From Paramecium tetraurelia (taxonomy: Eukaryota), in NCBI GenBank assembly GCA_000165425.1, contig CT868042.1:62001-126000 (forward strand): DNA of 64,000 nucleotides. Reading direction: 5' to 3'. The notes beneath the pieces were generated by a model that was not told where the DNA came from, did no database searches, and worked only from the letters and a program-made list of their open reading frames with translations. A program made the position numbers and the translations under genes. Each line of letters starts with the position of its first letter. Position 1 is the stretch's first letter. Shown one piece after another: positions 1 through 13,810 of this stretch.

Positions 1-170
1 GGCAGGTTTTCTTCAGGGTCTTGTTATTTAGGCATGAGAGTGCCAAATGAGAGTGTTACATCTGGAAATGCAATGGTTGTTGTGATTATTTGAAATAGTA
101 TTATATTAAACATTAAATATAAAGTAAAATCAAATTTCATATTCCTTAATTTTAGTTTGAAGTAGTTAAT

Positions 171-972
171 TCAATTGTTTTTGATCTTCAATCTTCTTGA
201 CAAGCTTTTTAATGATTAATTTTTATAAGATGATAATTTCATCCTTATCAGGTATTCTAACATCTTCATCTGCATCCTCAATGTGATTTAATAAACTCTA
301 TTCTAATTCAGGTAGAACATCGTTATGCTAGACTTAAAGTCCTCTTAAAAGTTATATCATCTATAGGTAGGTGTCATTAATTTTGTCTTTGGAACGGGCA
401 TGAACTTCATTTCCATCTTTGGCAACTTTGAATTTATGCTATAATTCTTCTTTTTGTTTTTGAATTTCTTCATATTATTGCTTGCAATTGTTCATCTATT
501 TTGTCATTTACTTCATATCATTCAAAATGACCTGCTTTTCCTTTTTAATTAACCCCAAAATTCCAACAATCCCTTGTTATAATTCTGGAGGCTGTTATTA
601 GTGTTCTTCTACTTATTTTTAAGTATCCTAAAATAGACTGGCACTGCAAACAGATTTGTCTTTTACTTCAAATTCATATTGACTTAGTGATCGATCTATT
701 TGAGTTGAATTGTCAGTTTGATGATGACTACTTAGAGAATAGCATTGTTGTCTTTTTGGACTTGGACTAGTTTGCAATCGCAAATTTTTTAGTTTTGAAT
801 AACTTAATTTAGGTTATTTAAAGAGAGGAGAATATGATTACTTTGCTTATTATTTTTTAGGTTCCAAGATAGAGGCAGTATTTTTTCGATTCTTTTATAG
901 AAAGTCTTAATATTGTTTAATAAAAGAATTCTAGCTGGCTTATGAACGAGGCTTAAAATAAGGCATGTTCAT
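171..972 (-). CDS. Hypothetical protein (at least one short intron implied)
   Basis: ATG AAC ATG CCT TAT at 972 and TGA at 171-173. Gln-rich reading under code 6 (MNMPYFKPRSQASQNSFIKQY...). The span is not a multiple of 3, so an intron is needed. No family recognised. Confidence 0.5.
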
Positions 973-996
973 GTTAATAATGATATTAATTAAATT

Positions 997-1321
997 TCAT
1001 TCCAAAAATATTTTCTTTTCTTTTAAATATTTTGTAAATTCTTATTCGATCACTTGTCTTTCAGCTCTCATCATACTATATTTGACAAGAAAGAGGTAAT
1101 AATCATCAGCAGTAAAATTGAAATTGAAGAATGCTTATGGATTCTACTTCATTTCATCAATCAAGATGTCTTTTTGTATTTTACTTTCTAGGATGACAAT
1201 TGTTGTTACCTAATTTGCTGCAGATTTCTTAAGCTTACTCTAGATCCTGGAATTACTCCAAGGTACACTTTTCTCCGATTCTGGGAAGGGTGCCTTCTAT
1301 GTCATCATAACTCTTATTCAT
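997..1321 (-). CDS. Small hypothetical protein
   Basis: ATG at 1321 (MNKSYDDIEG...). A 3' frame reads DILIDEMKQNPQAFF...KYLKEKKIFLE-TGA (997). Joining the two needs one short intron whose position is not resolved. Confidence 0.35.
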
Positions 1322-1419
1322 TAGAAATAATAAATAATATATTTAGTGCAGAAGAGTGACAATGGAAGTATTAATAATTAATAAATCTTATTGTACTTAT
1401 TTCTATATATATTATTTTA

Positions 1420-2069
1420 TCAAATTTCTAAACGCTTTTCACTAACATAGATTCCATCCAAGAATTGTCTAATATCCTTGTTCTTGACAGCACAAGCTTA
1501 ATGAATAAGTGCACAGGTGAGTGAAACGTTATTCGAAATCGTTTCCTTAGAGTGTCAAGACATCTATAGTGGGTATATTAAGATTTTATTACTCTTCTCT
1601 TCAGCTTCATTTCTGGTGATGGTCACTCCTGGAAGGCATTTGATAGTTCTGATGATCTTTTCTCCGAGGAAATTCTTGATTTCAACGCCTTGTCCATTAC
1701 CAATGAGGTTGATAATGATTGGAAAGTGAGCATATGCCAATACCATCTTGAATTTATAACCTGTGGTAACACCTCTAATCATGTTTCTAATTTGAGAGGC
1801 AACTGAATTAACTTGGCATCTTTATTTTCTGTATGATTGCCACATCCTAACACTGACTCTGGATTTGGCAACATTGTTCTTCTTATTCACTTTCTTTGAA
1901 ACTTGGATGTCCAAAGCAGAATGTCTGAAATTTTTGGTCAATTCCCCTCTGGGTCCTAAGAGACGATAAAACATGACTCAATACCCTTAACTTTGACCAC
2001 CTTGGATTTCTAAGTGATCTCAATCTTTTCAGGAATTGGAACATGCTCCTCAGTCAGGATGTATTTCAT
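1420..2069 (-). CDS. RPL9: 60S ribosomal protein L9 (uL6)
   Basis: [19 protein letters not shown]...[57 protein letters not shown]. Introns at 1956-1984 (29 nt) and near 1565-1593. Confidence 0.97.
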
Positions 2070-2104
2070 ATCTTTTAATTCTTTTAATTAAAAATATTTG
2101 AAGT

Positions 2105-4205
2105 ATGAATCCTTATTCTTCTAATTTTGATTGTATTAAGCATATTAATACACTCTTTCCCAATGAACAATCACTTGTGGGCATCGATACTGAAATTGAG
2201 AAGCTCCAATCTGAGCTTACTCAACTATAATCCGAATTATAAGAGGACATACATGAACATGCAGTCATGCAAAATAAAATATGGAGAGATGTCTAAGATG
2301 TAGAATAACTCTCTCAAGGAATAGTCACAGAAATTCAAGAAATCAAATAGAAGGCAGAAAAAAGTGAAGACCTGGTTTATTCAATGTGCAAAGATATCAA
2401 ATCATTAGACATTGCAAAAAGAAATCTGACATTTTCAATTGCTGCCCTTAAAAAATTTATTATGATGTTAACAGCAATTGAAAAATTGAAAGAACATTGC
2501 AAAGAAAAGAAATATGCAGAAGTAGCTAATCTACTCTCAGCATTTACTGAATTATCACAATATTTTGTGAAATTTTAAAACATTCCATAAATTTTAGAGA
2601 TAACAGGAGAAAAAGAATAACTGATTAAGGATTTGAAGCTATAATTAATTGATGATTTCATCATGTTCTAAAAAGGCACTAATTTAATGCAAATTAAAGA
2701 TCTATAAGATGCATGTCAAACAGTTGAACATCTGGGATTGAAATTCAGAGATGAATTGGTTCAGAAAGTATGCAAATACATTATATCTCCTTATTAAGAA
2801 TTGTTTCAATAGATTGAAAACAGAAGTTTGGAAACCACAGAAAGAAGGTATGCTTGGATGGCTAGAGTCATTAAAGATTTTGACACAAAAGCATAAAATG
2901 TATTCCCAGAATACTGGGCAGTACACTGTCAGATTTATTATGAGTTTTGTGCTGTGACTAGGTTATAAATAACTGATATCTTGGAAACCCTTAAGGATTT
3001 GGATGTTGCTGTATTAATGAAAGCATTACAAGCCACTCTAAAATTCGAATAGAAACTCAATGATGAAATGAAGAAAAGATACGAAGAATGGCTAGGCAAA
3101 AAGAATAGCAATCAATTTGCCATCTCAGAATTACCAAAAATTAAAGGAGCCATTTCTGATAGTTTTGAACCCTATTTACGACCTTATATAGATAGTGAGG
3201 AGAAAGAGTTAATGTAACACATCTAAACTATTTTAAACTCAGATAAATTGGATGTTGAAGGAGACTTGAAAATGTTGAATTCATCTATGAGTATGTTTGC
3301 CTACTTTAAATAAATGCTCAAAAGGGCATCACAATATAGCAGAACACAGGTTATGTTTGATATTTAAAAACTAATTAAGAAGGCTTTGAAGAGGTATTCA
3401 GATGAGATTACATTCAAAATAAATTAGACTCGAAATAATGAACAATTTTCATAGATCTACTGTTGTTTTGTGATTAACACTGCTGAATATTGTAAAGAGA
3501 CCATCCCAGCATTATAGGAGAGTATGGTATAACATCTCGATTCCCCTTTTTCTGATCAAGTAGAATTATCAAATGAGGAAGAATACTTCAATTAAATGAT
3601 GAACAAATCAATCGAGACTTTATTAGTGTACGTTGATTCTAAAATAGATTAATTCTATCAATAAATGCTAAAGATTGATTGGAATGAATTCGAGAATATG
3701 GGAGATGCATCTAAATATATTAGAGACACCATATCCTTTTTGGAGGGACACATTAAAATAATAAAAGATTTATTATCAGAGTCCTATCTAATATTTTATT
3801 TGAATAAACTTGTTGTGTATCTGAATAATAAGTTTATAAATTCTGTTTTCAGAATTAAAAAAATCAGTGAGGTATTTTATGAATAATACTTAAATTTAGA
3901 TTGGATTATCCTAGTTGATGTTGGATGTTTCAGAATTGAAGACAAATTTAGTGAGAATCTCAAAATTGAAGTAAGAGTCTAAATCACAATAATCATTCAA
4001 TAATTTTGTATAGAAGACATTGTCAAGGAGTGATTCTATTTTAAAATTGATTTAGATGAGTATTGAAAAATTCGTCGAGAATTTCCCAGATTATGCTAAG
4101 AAATATGAATCTGCTCCTACTGATTTAGATAAGATTCTAGGTCTTAAACAATTAAGAAGACAAGATGTTCCCTAATTAAGTAAGTTTTTCACAAAGATTA
4201 ATTGA
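2105..4205 (+). CDS. VPS53: GARP complex subunit Vps53
   Basis: N-terminal 'FDCIKHINTLFPNEQSL' and 'DIKSLDIAKRNLTFSI', plus 'ERRYAW' and 'VINTAEYC', match Vps53_N motifs. One intron near 3872-3899; TGA at 4203-4205. Confidence 0.9.
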
Positions 4206-4225
4206 TTAATATTATTATAATTATA

Positions 4226-5730
4226 ATGTTAAATAATTGTGATGAATTGCACATCTTAAGGCTCCCAAAAATTGTGAATACTTTTGCAAAAGATGGTAAT
4301 AATTAAATTGAACTAAGAGTTCTTACAGTTAAGCATGAAAGTTAGTAAAATAAATGAATATGGAAATAAACATACAAGATATTTCGTGTTAACCAATAAA
4401 AAAATTTTACTATTGAACAAATCAAGTAACAACAATGTCATTTAAAAGCGATTAGAAGGAAAGTACTTCTGTCCTTTATCATTGGGATCACGATTTCCTC
4501 CAAGAGTTTTGAGTTCATATTACATTTTAAAAATGAATATGATGATGATGATCTCAGATTACAAACTGAGAGTAGATCCAGATTAATTGAATTCATTGTC
4601 AAGACTTATGCACTTGAGTTTCACATCCCTTTAGCCTCATACTAAGTTCAAGATTTGAATCTGAAGAAATATGTAGTCTATAAACAGGATAGGCATAAAC
4701 AAATTTCTAAGTTGCCAAGTGTTAAAGCAAACTACTTAAATTATAAGCCCATTTTGGAAGAATAAGAGAATTTTTTAAAAATGCAACAAATATATCAATA
4801 AGATACTGCATCAAAATTATTATTTGGAGAGTTCTTATTGCAATTAAAAGATTTTGAGTTAAGAAAGATTCTATGTGAGGGAAGCATATCATAAATAGTG
4901 TAGATATTAAATACAAAAACACACACCTATCATATTATGAAATGTATCAGCAAAGAAGATTGTGGTTGGTTAAATCTGAATGAGTTTGTCACTTTTGAAA
5001 ATTATGTAATAGATTTAATAGATTTAGTCTCATCATCCATTTTTGATACCTTTGGAATATTGCTTCGAAACTTTCAACAAATATTACTTCATTATGCCAT
5101 CGGCTAAATGCGATTTGTATAAGAAGTTAGATGAATTGAAGAAATTTGACTAGAAATAATTATAATTCATAGCCTAAGAAATGGTTGTAGTTTTGGGGGA
5201 TTTACATAATAAATAGATCGTCCATGGGGATTTAACTTTGGAGAACATTTTATTAGATCAAAGTTATCACATCGCTTTGTGTGATTTCGGATACTTAAGG
5301 AGGACATTGAAAAGTAAAGACCAGTTTTATGGGGTTGCTGAGTACACCCCACCAGAGACGATCCAAAATAAAGATTATCAATATTATAGTGATTATTGGC
5401 AGTTGGGAATCATTTTGTATGAAATGGCTTATGGTCATCCCCCATTTATTGATTACGACCAGAACTTAACATTTGATTATATTTTAAACTGCCAATTAGA
5501 ATTTCCTATTCAAATCGAGGTAGATCCTCAATTAAAAGACCTATTATCGAAAGTAATCTTTTGAGTCTCTATTTCAGCTATTGTGCAAGGAGCCAACAAA
5601 AAGAATTGGATATCAAATGGGGGTCTCAGAGATATAAGAACATGAGTATTTTAAAAATACGAATTGGAAATAAGTATATGATAGACAATTACAGCCACCA
5701 GAGTTCGAGAAAAAATTAAAATTGTTTTGA
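4226..5730 (+). CDS. AGC-like protein kinase (degenerate motifs) with N-terminal myosin-TH1/PH-like domain
   Basis: N-terminus 'VSKINEYGNKHTRYFVLTNK...IIGITISSKSFEFILHF'. Kinase domain 'IVHGDLTLENILLD...LCDFG...GVAEYTPPE...DYWQLGIILYEMAYGHPPF', then AGC-type tail 'KRIGYQMGVSEIQEHEYF..NW'. Several short introns. Confidence 0.8.
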
Positions 5731-5785
5731 ATTTAGTTTTTCATCAATTATTGATATTTAGAACAGTATATAAATATATTATAAA

Positions 5786-7020
5786 TCACTATTTTTACTT
5801 GAACCAGGAAGGGATTAATTTATGGGCAATTTCAGGTTGGATCTGCAATTCCACTTTAATTGATAATAAAGATCATAATTACCTTTTTGAAAATCAAAAA
5901 AGTTAGGTAATTACACATTTGGGATTGAGAAACCTTCTTATCTAATCTCATCGAAATATGGATGAAGCAAAGCCTCCAAAGGTTTCAATCTTTCTTTTGG
6001 AGAATATACAAGCAATTTACTAACAAAATCAACAAATAAAGGTTCTGGCTTATATTTAGCAAACACCTTCAATATTTTTGTATATTACTTTAGCCCATGG
6101 ATGACACTTTATCTAAGGGAATTTAAATTCTTAATGTTAAGGATTCATTTTTTTAATTTATTCAATTGTAGGAGTACCCAATATTTTGATTATTTCAACA
6201 AGTTGATCAGTAGCCGACTCTCCAGGAAAGAGTGGTTCACCAGTAAGCATCTCAACGATAACACATCCTGTAGTTTTAATTAATGAATACCTATCGACCA
6301 GATATCAATAGATGTTGTATATTCAGTTGCTCCAAATATCAATTCAGGAGCTCTATAATATCTGGAACAAATATAAGCCACATTTGGTTCTCCAGGTACT
6401 AATCTTTTTGCTGACCCAAAATCACAAATTTTTAAGACATGAGTATTTGGATTAACCAATATATTCTGAGGTTTAATATCACGATGGCAAATCCCAATTC
6501 CTAATTTCTTAATAATCAGAGTACCTTCTAAATAAGCAAATGCTCTTAGCATTTAATAACTGTAGATTTTGAGTAGAACATTTGGAAATGGGGTCTTGCT
6601 CTTTTTGTAGTTTCGAATGAGTTTACTGAGGGTTTCAGGAATGTAGTCCATTACTAGATTCAGAAAAATGTCATCTGGCTATTTTCTTAATATTTTATTA
6701 CATTTTTGGAATTGTCTCCTTAGGTGAAAAATGCTTGTCTTAATTTTACAATGCAAGGATGATTTAATTCCTATATAATAAGATGTTCTCTGTTTTTATA
6801 GCGTTTATCCTAAAATACTTTCTTGATAGCAACTTTTTCATTTGTTTTTGTATCCAATGCCTATTTAAGAGATCAATTAACATAGTACTAGATAAACCAT
6901 ACCGAAGGTGCCATTGCCGACGACTTAGAGTATTTGAAATTGATTCTATATGGAATTTGATTTTTGAATGAAATTATCTTGAGGTCCTTCATCTGCTTAA
7001 GTTACTAATCTCTATTTCAT
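5786..7020 (-). CDS. GSK3: Glycogen synthase kinase 3 / shaggy-like kinase
   Basis: VVGNGTFG; 'DKRYKNRE'; '[59 protein letters not shown]'; '[22 protein letters not shown]'. Multiple short introns. Confidence 0.95.
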
Positions 7021-7045
7021 TTTAATTATTAATCATATAATATAA

Positions 7046-10000
7046 TCAGATTATCATTCCAGGTATTCCATCAAATGAAGATAATGATGCTTCACTATGC
7101 GATATAAATGATCTAAAAGAGTTATTCGCACTTAAATTGAGATTACTTTAATTGTTCTAAGGGATCTGTTGATTAAATATTACATCTGCAGGATATACAA
7201 CCATCTTGGTCGACTATTTGATAATAGAACTTGGCGTAGATGCATCCTTTTTTGGTTTGATTATAGATCTTTTCTGCAATTATTGAAGAAGATTTGAAGC
7301 CATTTTAGAAACATCTCTTTTGGGTGTAAAATAAAGTTCATTTTCATGGTAAATAGGTAAATCCAATTTCTTTAAATTTATGTTGTGATCACTTTCGAAG
7401 GTTAAACATTGATTAGATTTATTGGGATTCGAGGGAATCTTCCTAGTCAGATTTTCCTGGCTTTGTTCCTCATCTTCATCTACTCTTGAGAATATGTCAA
7501 TATCTCTTATATGATAAATAAATATATTACTATACTTCTTGTCCAAAGGAAGAATTGTCAGAAAAATCCTCCTGTTCTAGTTTAGATCTTCTTATTAATT
7601 GTTTGGTATAATTTTACCAAGCTTTAAAAATAACTAAAATTGAAAGATAATCGCTGGCAATGCTAAAATTGCTATTGAATTCGACATAAGTTGCAATAAA
7701 TGACCTTTTTTGTAATTTGTCCCTTCTAAAATAAAACAGTCTCATTTGCATCTCTTTATTGAACTTTTTAATTATCTTAATTGAATCTTCAGATCCTTAC
7801 TTAAAAACTTACTATTTAAATGTTCTCCTGAATATTTCATAAATTAAAGAGTTGAATTAGATATAGCCTTAATCGTCAGTTCTAATTTTTAAGTATCCAG
7901 CAAAACGTGCTGCATCCCAAATGTTATCCTTTACATGAGTGAATGGTTAACCAATTTCTAACAGAAACTTGCAAATCTATAAGTAGTGTATTGCTTTTCC
8001 GTGTCTTTGGTATGAGTACTTACACCACACAGTTTTTATTTTGTCAATGGATTCAATGTATACTTAAAGAATTGAGTTTTCCGATTAAAAGAATTTCTCG
8101 AATTGTTCAATTAATCCCAAGACAAACAAATTTAACAGGACATAGTTTGATATAAACACAAAGGAAATAAAGTAAATTTATGCAAATTAAGACCCACAAT
8201 AACGTGGATCATCATAACAGTAAATATTATGGATCATTGTGTCTGTCATTATACTTCTAAAATTATCACAAGATCCACACTTTAATAAGGTCAATAGAGA
8301 ACTTGTAAAAGTTGAAAAATTAATCTAAGAATCTATAATGACTCCCTTATCTATATGTCCAAATAATTAGCATCCCAACAAAGCATAAGATAATGTTGTT
8401 ACAATCAAAATAAATAATATCTTTCCCAGGAATGGAAAAGAGAATATCATTACTCTGATCAATCTTTATAGATCATCAAATCCTTTAAATAATATTAGAA
8501 TTCTAAGATTCCTTAAAGCAAACAATAATCTTATAATCTGATAATTCTCAGTGAACATTGTAGATGTAAATTGAATCCTAAATAGATCATATTTTTAGGT
8601 AGCAATCAATTCAAATAAAGAGATTATAACTATGAATGAATAGAATTGTCTCCATTAATCATCTATAAATCTCTTAAATCCATAATCTAATAGTTACACT
8701 ATTACCCAAAAGGTAAATAGGATCGAAATTATCTCGTGGTATTTGTTTAATTCCAATGCAATTTCAATCTCCATATCTTAATAAAATGACATTTAAATTA
8801 TTGTATCTGGTATTAATATAAGAAAGGATAAATATTAGAAGTATGAATTGCTATTCAACTTCTGAGCTATTCTTCTAATGATATTTCTGGGAGGCTATGA
8901 AAATGAAGGTGAATCCCTAAGAATCTTTTGTGAGACCTATATGAATTCTTATTGATAGACTGTTAAATCATCATATTCTATTTTCTATTAACTTGCTTTT
9001 AAATTTAAGAACAATAAACCGGTAAACAAACTTAAGAAAAACATTGAACCTATAAAGCAGAAAAGAGTTAAATAGATATATGTAGGCAATTGATTTGCAA
9101 AAGGAGACGGGCCTTAATAAGAAGGTCTTGAATTCTCAGCCACTTGTAAGATCTCTCCCCAACCATCAAATGTTGATATCACAAACAATGTAGGTAAAGC
9201 AACTGTAATATTATCAAAATTATGTTAATATGTTATCCATCTTCTGCCTTCATCTTCACATTATTATTTATTTATATCAAACTACATCAAATCATCACAG
9301 AATCCAAATTTATTTTAATAAAGTATCATACCGTACACTGCAAACATTGTCCATATTATTAATAGTGTTATTAATACATTACTCATATTATATAAAGCAG
9401 CCACTAAAGAATTGTATAATTTAACTATTGGCGTAAATGAATACAATAACTTAAATGGTCTCAAATATCTGAGGTACAAAAATAAGTGTAATATTCTACT
9501 TTCAGTATTTATCAATTATAGATAATAACATACTAAATACATGATGTCTATGATTTACCAAATGTGCTATATAACAAATTAAAATTACTTGTATATAAGA
9601 TCCTTTCTCATGAAATAATCCTAGTGCTATTATTAACATCATAGTCTACACTGTTATTAATAGATTAGTTATCAGAATCAAGGAGTCTACAAATACCATA
9701 TATTCCACATGATAGGTTTATATTGCAATTAAGACAATAAACCCTATATTCAATCCTAATCTGCTCCAATAAAAGAGTTCTGATCGTATGGTTTTCACAC
9801 AGAAGATTCTCTATTAATTGAATTTATCAAAAAAAAATAACGATTCTTTACACTTAATTCCTAAGTAGATCTTTCTCCTCTTAGTTTTTATCTGTTTCAC
9901 TAGTTATTCTATAAAGATATATCAATATCTTACAAATGGATTCTAAAAGATAACCATATTGAGTATCCTTCTAAACAGATTGGTTTTAAGACAAAACTTT

Positions 10001-13000
10001 AAGTGATTTGGTCGCAGAACCCTTCTCTTTTTCTTTTTAATTCTCCTCAGCTTCTGAATCTGAATCTTGTTTATCAGAAGTTTCACCTTTAAACATAATG
10101 TCTTAATCTTTCTTTATCTCTATTAAATATTCTCCAAAACCATCCAATAATATGGCCATCACTAAACCATAAGTAATATAATTTAAGAAGTGAATCATAG
10201 AAAATGAGTAGATAAATGCAAATATTTAATTAACTTTTGTTCCTAATGCCAATACGCCATACCAGTCATCATTTGTCATAATATTAAACACAGTCATCCA
10301 AGACTTTAAAGGATCTTTGTAAGAATGCAAATGTCCAAGCAATTGGGTTTCATCAAAGCTACTTGCATAAACAGCCATACCCAATAAACCATATATAAGA
10401 ATCATTAGAAACATTAAAAATGTCAAATAGATATATTACTTAAATGTTCTTTTTGCTATCAAACCTATGAGCACAGCCATTCTAATATATTTTAAACATC
10501 TATGAAATAGGAGAATCTTGGTGCCCCTTAATAATCTAGCAATTATGTCTTACTAGTTTAGAATCTATCTAAATGACATTTCATAAAAGTTAATTAAAAT
10601 AATGATTGATTCTAAGATTACTTATTCTTTTTAAACTAGTTTTGCTAGAATGATAATAAATATATTGATTACATGTTTAATAAGAGATTAACTTTAATGC
10701 AAATTCAATTGAAACTATTATTGTTGTAAAATCTTCAATAACTGTAAGAAATTGATTAGATATGATGCCTATCAAACTTAAACATAAAAAGTTAACTAAA
10801 ATTACACAATCCACAAAGAAATTTGTAAACTTATTAGTAATTATCATAAATGTTATTTTCCTAATAATTTTGATTTTCCCTCTAATTCCTATTAACCAAA
10901 TCAGGTAGTCAATGTGATTTAAAGAATGTTTAATAATATTTTTGTGTTCATAATTATTAATAACACTAGATATGGAACAATTTTTGGATTCAATAATTCC
11001 AGTCTGCATTTCTGGCATTCTTATTTATAAATATTTCTCCTCATAATTTTTTATCTCATCTGCAATTCTAATTTGTATTTTCTTGTTGATCAACTCTGAT
11101 ACTGCTTTGTAATTATGATAGAATCCATAAATTTTAACATAAATTTCTTTCTCCTTATGTAAAATAAATGTACTGGTACTCTTCTTGTTTTAGGCTGAAA
11201 TAATTATATTATTCGGATGGATGGACGCAGTTTATTACTACGATGTAGCCCTAGATTAATGATGATGAATGTCCATCAGTGTAATACCACTTGAAGCAAA
11301 TGATGCTATTTTCTCTTTTAATCTTCTGCTCTTAAGTATTGGAAATTATTTAAGTTCATTTAAATTTTTCTATTTATTCTTACTTTTTGTTTGGTATCTA
11401 AATTACAAGATTCTATTTTGAACCTTCTAACTCACTTCTTATTTACATTAAATAACATCTGATGCACTATTTGAGACGTATACTTCATTTTTTGCATTTG
11501 CCCAATATCTTGTAAATTCATTATGAGTAAGACACTACATGTTGATATCAGGTTTCTCACTTAAATTGTCATACAAATCCTAAAGCAAATTCTAATATTT
11601 TTTAATATCCACAAATTTAGGCAGCAACAATGTCTTTAATGAGAATTACTACAAGAACTAAAAATTGTTTTCATATTTAGAATAGTGTTTTCCTGATAGT
11701 ATACGAGGTTATTCGGACTGAATAGATGTGAATGAACAAAAACTTCTACTTAATAATTAATGATCGCCTTTCAAATACATTTTGTACTATAAAATAGGAT
11801 GATACAAACCATTTTATTTTAGAATTTATAAATTTAATTTCTCCTCTTTTTGATGTTAATCATCTTCTTCGGATTGATTTAATTTTTGATTAGTTTATTA
11901 ACTATAATGAATTTTTAGGACAGCAATAACTAAATTAAATCCAAAGAAACCACCAAAAAAGATTATCAATAAATAATACACCCAAATGTAGGTACCATAA
12001 CTTTTAAGGGTGAAATACATGACCCATGTCCAATCATCCATCGTAATTGTTCTTAAGACCTATGCATATGATGAAAACACATTATTAAAAGATGTTGGGA
12101 TATTTGGTCCTTACGAAACATATTAACAAACCAAATCATCAGGACAAGAGGTGATTCTACACGAAATCCATGGTTAATCATCAAGAGAATCATACTACTT
12201 AGGCAGACATCTATAGTTTATTAGACCGTGAAATAGACTTTGCCCAAGGGTTGCAAAAAACAACCCAAAAATAATCACAATTATTAAAGCTTCGACAAGG
12301 TATTTAAACGATTTTCCAAGAGCTTATAACATAATTTTCAAACCTAATTAAACTAATTTATACCTGGCACAAAATCTCCTAAATACAAAAGCAATGTAAT
12401 TAACCTCAAAGGTGAAAAATCTACAACATCTATAATTGGGATTAAAGTAGTAATTATTTGCAAGACTGTTAAAATTAAATCAAACCAGTTTTTAACAACT
12501 CTGAAATATGCATGTTTGTGTCCTATTATTCCTTTGGAGAGTATTCGAAATACTTAATCAGCGATGTATACGTATATTACCACTAGTTTCAATAATATTG
12601 CATTACTTATTTCATAAATAATAAACTTATCATCTTCTATGGATAAGATTTTAGATACAAAAATTACGAGATTCACCAATATTATAATTGACATAAATAA
12701 TTTGTAAAAGATGGTTCTTTGCATGTAATTTAAAATGATTAGTATTCCATATATAACTTTGATTATGAATTTTCTAAGTTTCAAAAAACTATAGTTATCT
12801 TGATAAATCTATTTAAATAACAAATTACATTCAGTTCGTATTTCAACCTTTAATAACCATAAATTTTATAGAGATCAACTAAATAAATTTATTCAGTCTT
12901 TAGTTTAGTTTTTTCATATCTCTTGTTCATTTTATAGAATTAATTATCACTATTATTAAAGGTCTTCTCAGTTCGACATTTCATTTTCTCTTAAGCAAAC

Positions 13001-13419
13001 TTGTATTTTTGTTTCTAAACCTTTTCATTTATTTATTAAACAATCTAAATTCACTACAATAATTACCTTATTAGTGGATTCCCTTTTGGGTTTTTCAGAT
13101 CTGGCTCCAAATGTATATTTGACAGATGAGATATCTTTTTTTGATAAATTATCATTGTCGAATCTCAAACCAAAAACACTTTCTTCATTTCTTAAAATTA
13201 TGTTTGTTTTAGTTTTTTTCTATTTTCTTACTTTTGGTGTACCAATTTCAAAAGCGTTGAAACTTTAACATTTTTATTGTTAATTCGAATTCATGTTTTC
13301 AAATTTATCATTGACTAGTCTATTCCTGAAATGAGCAATCTCTTAAATGGATGTTTAACTACGTAGCTTCATTGACTTTACTTTGAGAATGCTATAGGCT
13401 CCAAATCTTCATTATTCAT
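7046..13419 (-). CDS. Four-domain (4x6TM) voltage-gated Ca2+/cation channel alpha subunit
   Basis: Four repeats of transmembrane segments with pore loops TMDDW, TNDDW, TFDGW and SCDNF. S6 motifs 'GGFFGFNLVIAVL' and 'GSMFFLSLFTGLL'. S4-like 'LRYLRPFK' and 'IIRLLFALRNLRIL'. TGA at 7046. The frame can be followed upstream to ATG 13419 through short introns; an alternative start is 12930. Confidence 0.9.
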
Positions 13420-13534
13420 ATAATATAAAAAATGATAAATTATTAAGTTCTAAAATTATCATAATGTATTAGAAACCACACATTCATTATATTATTATAT
13501 TAATAATTATTGATATATATCTTATTTAGTCTTT

Positions 13535-13810
13535 TCAACAATCACATAAAGATGCCTTGTGGATAGAAAAAGTATCACTTTGATTATTTTAGTTCATATG
13601 ATTACCACTTGGATCATTATGTTTATTAACTTTAATGAAATAATAGTGATTTCCAAGATACAAAAATTTGCTGGAAGACAAATTATAATTTTATTTTTTC
13701 CTTGATGTATAATTCAAATCATGATTTGTGTTTATTTGCTTACAACTAAGTCTTATTTCTAAATTTATAGAATTTGCCCATATGTCATGCCACTTAATTG
13801 GAGTAGCCAT
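13535..13810 (-). CDS. Small hypothetical protein (91 aa)
   Basis: Uninterrupted code-6 frame from ATG GCT ACT CCA ATT AAG TGG (MATPIKWHDIWAN...) to TGA at 13535. No homology recognised. Confidence 0.3.
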
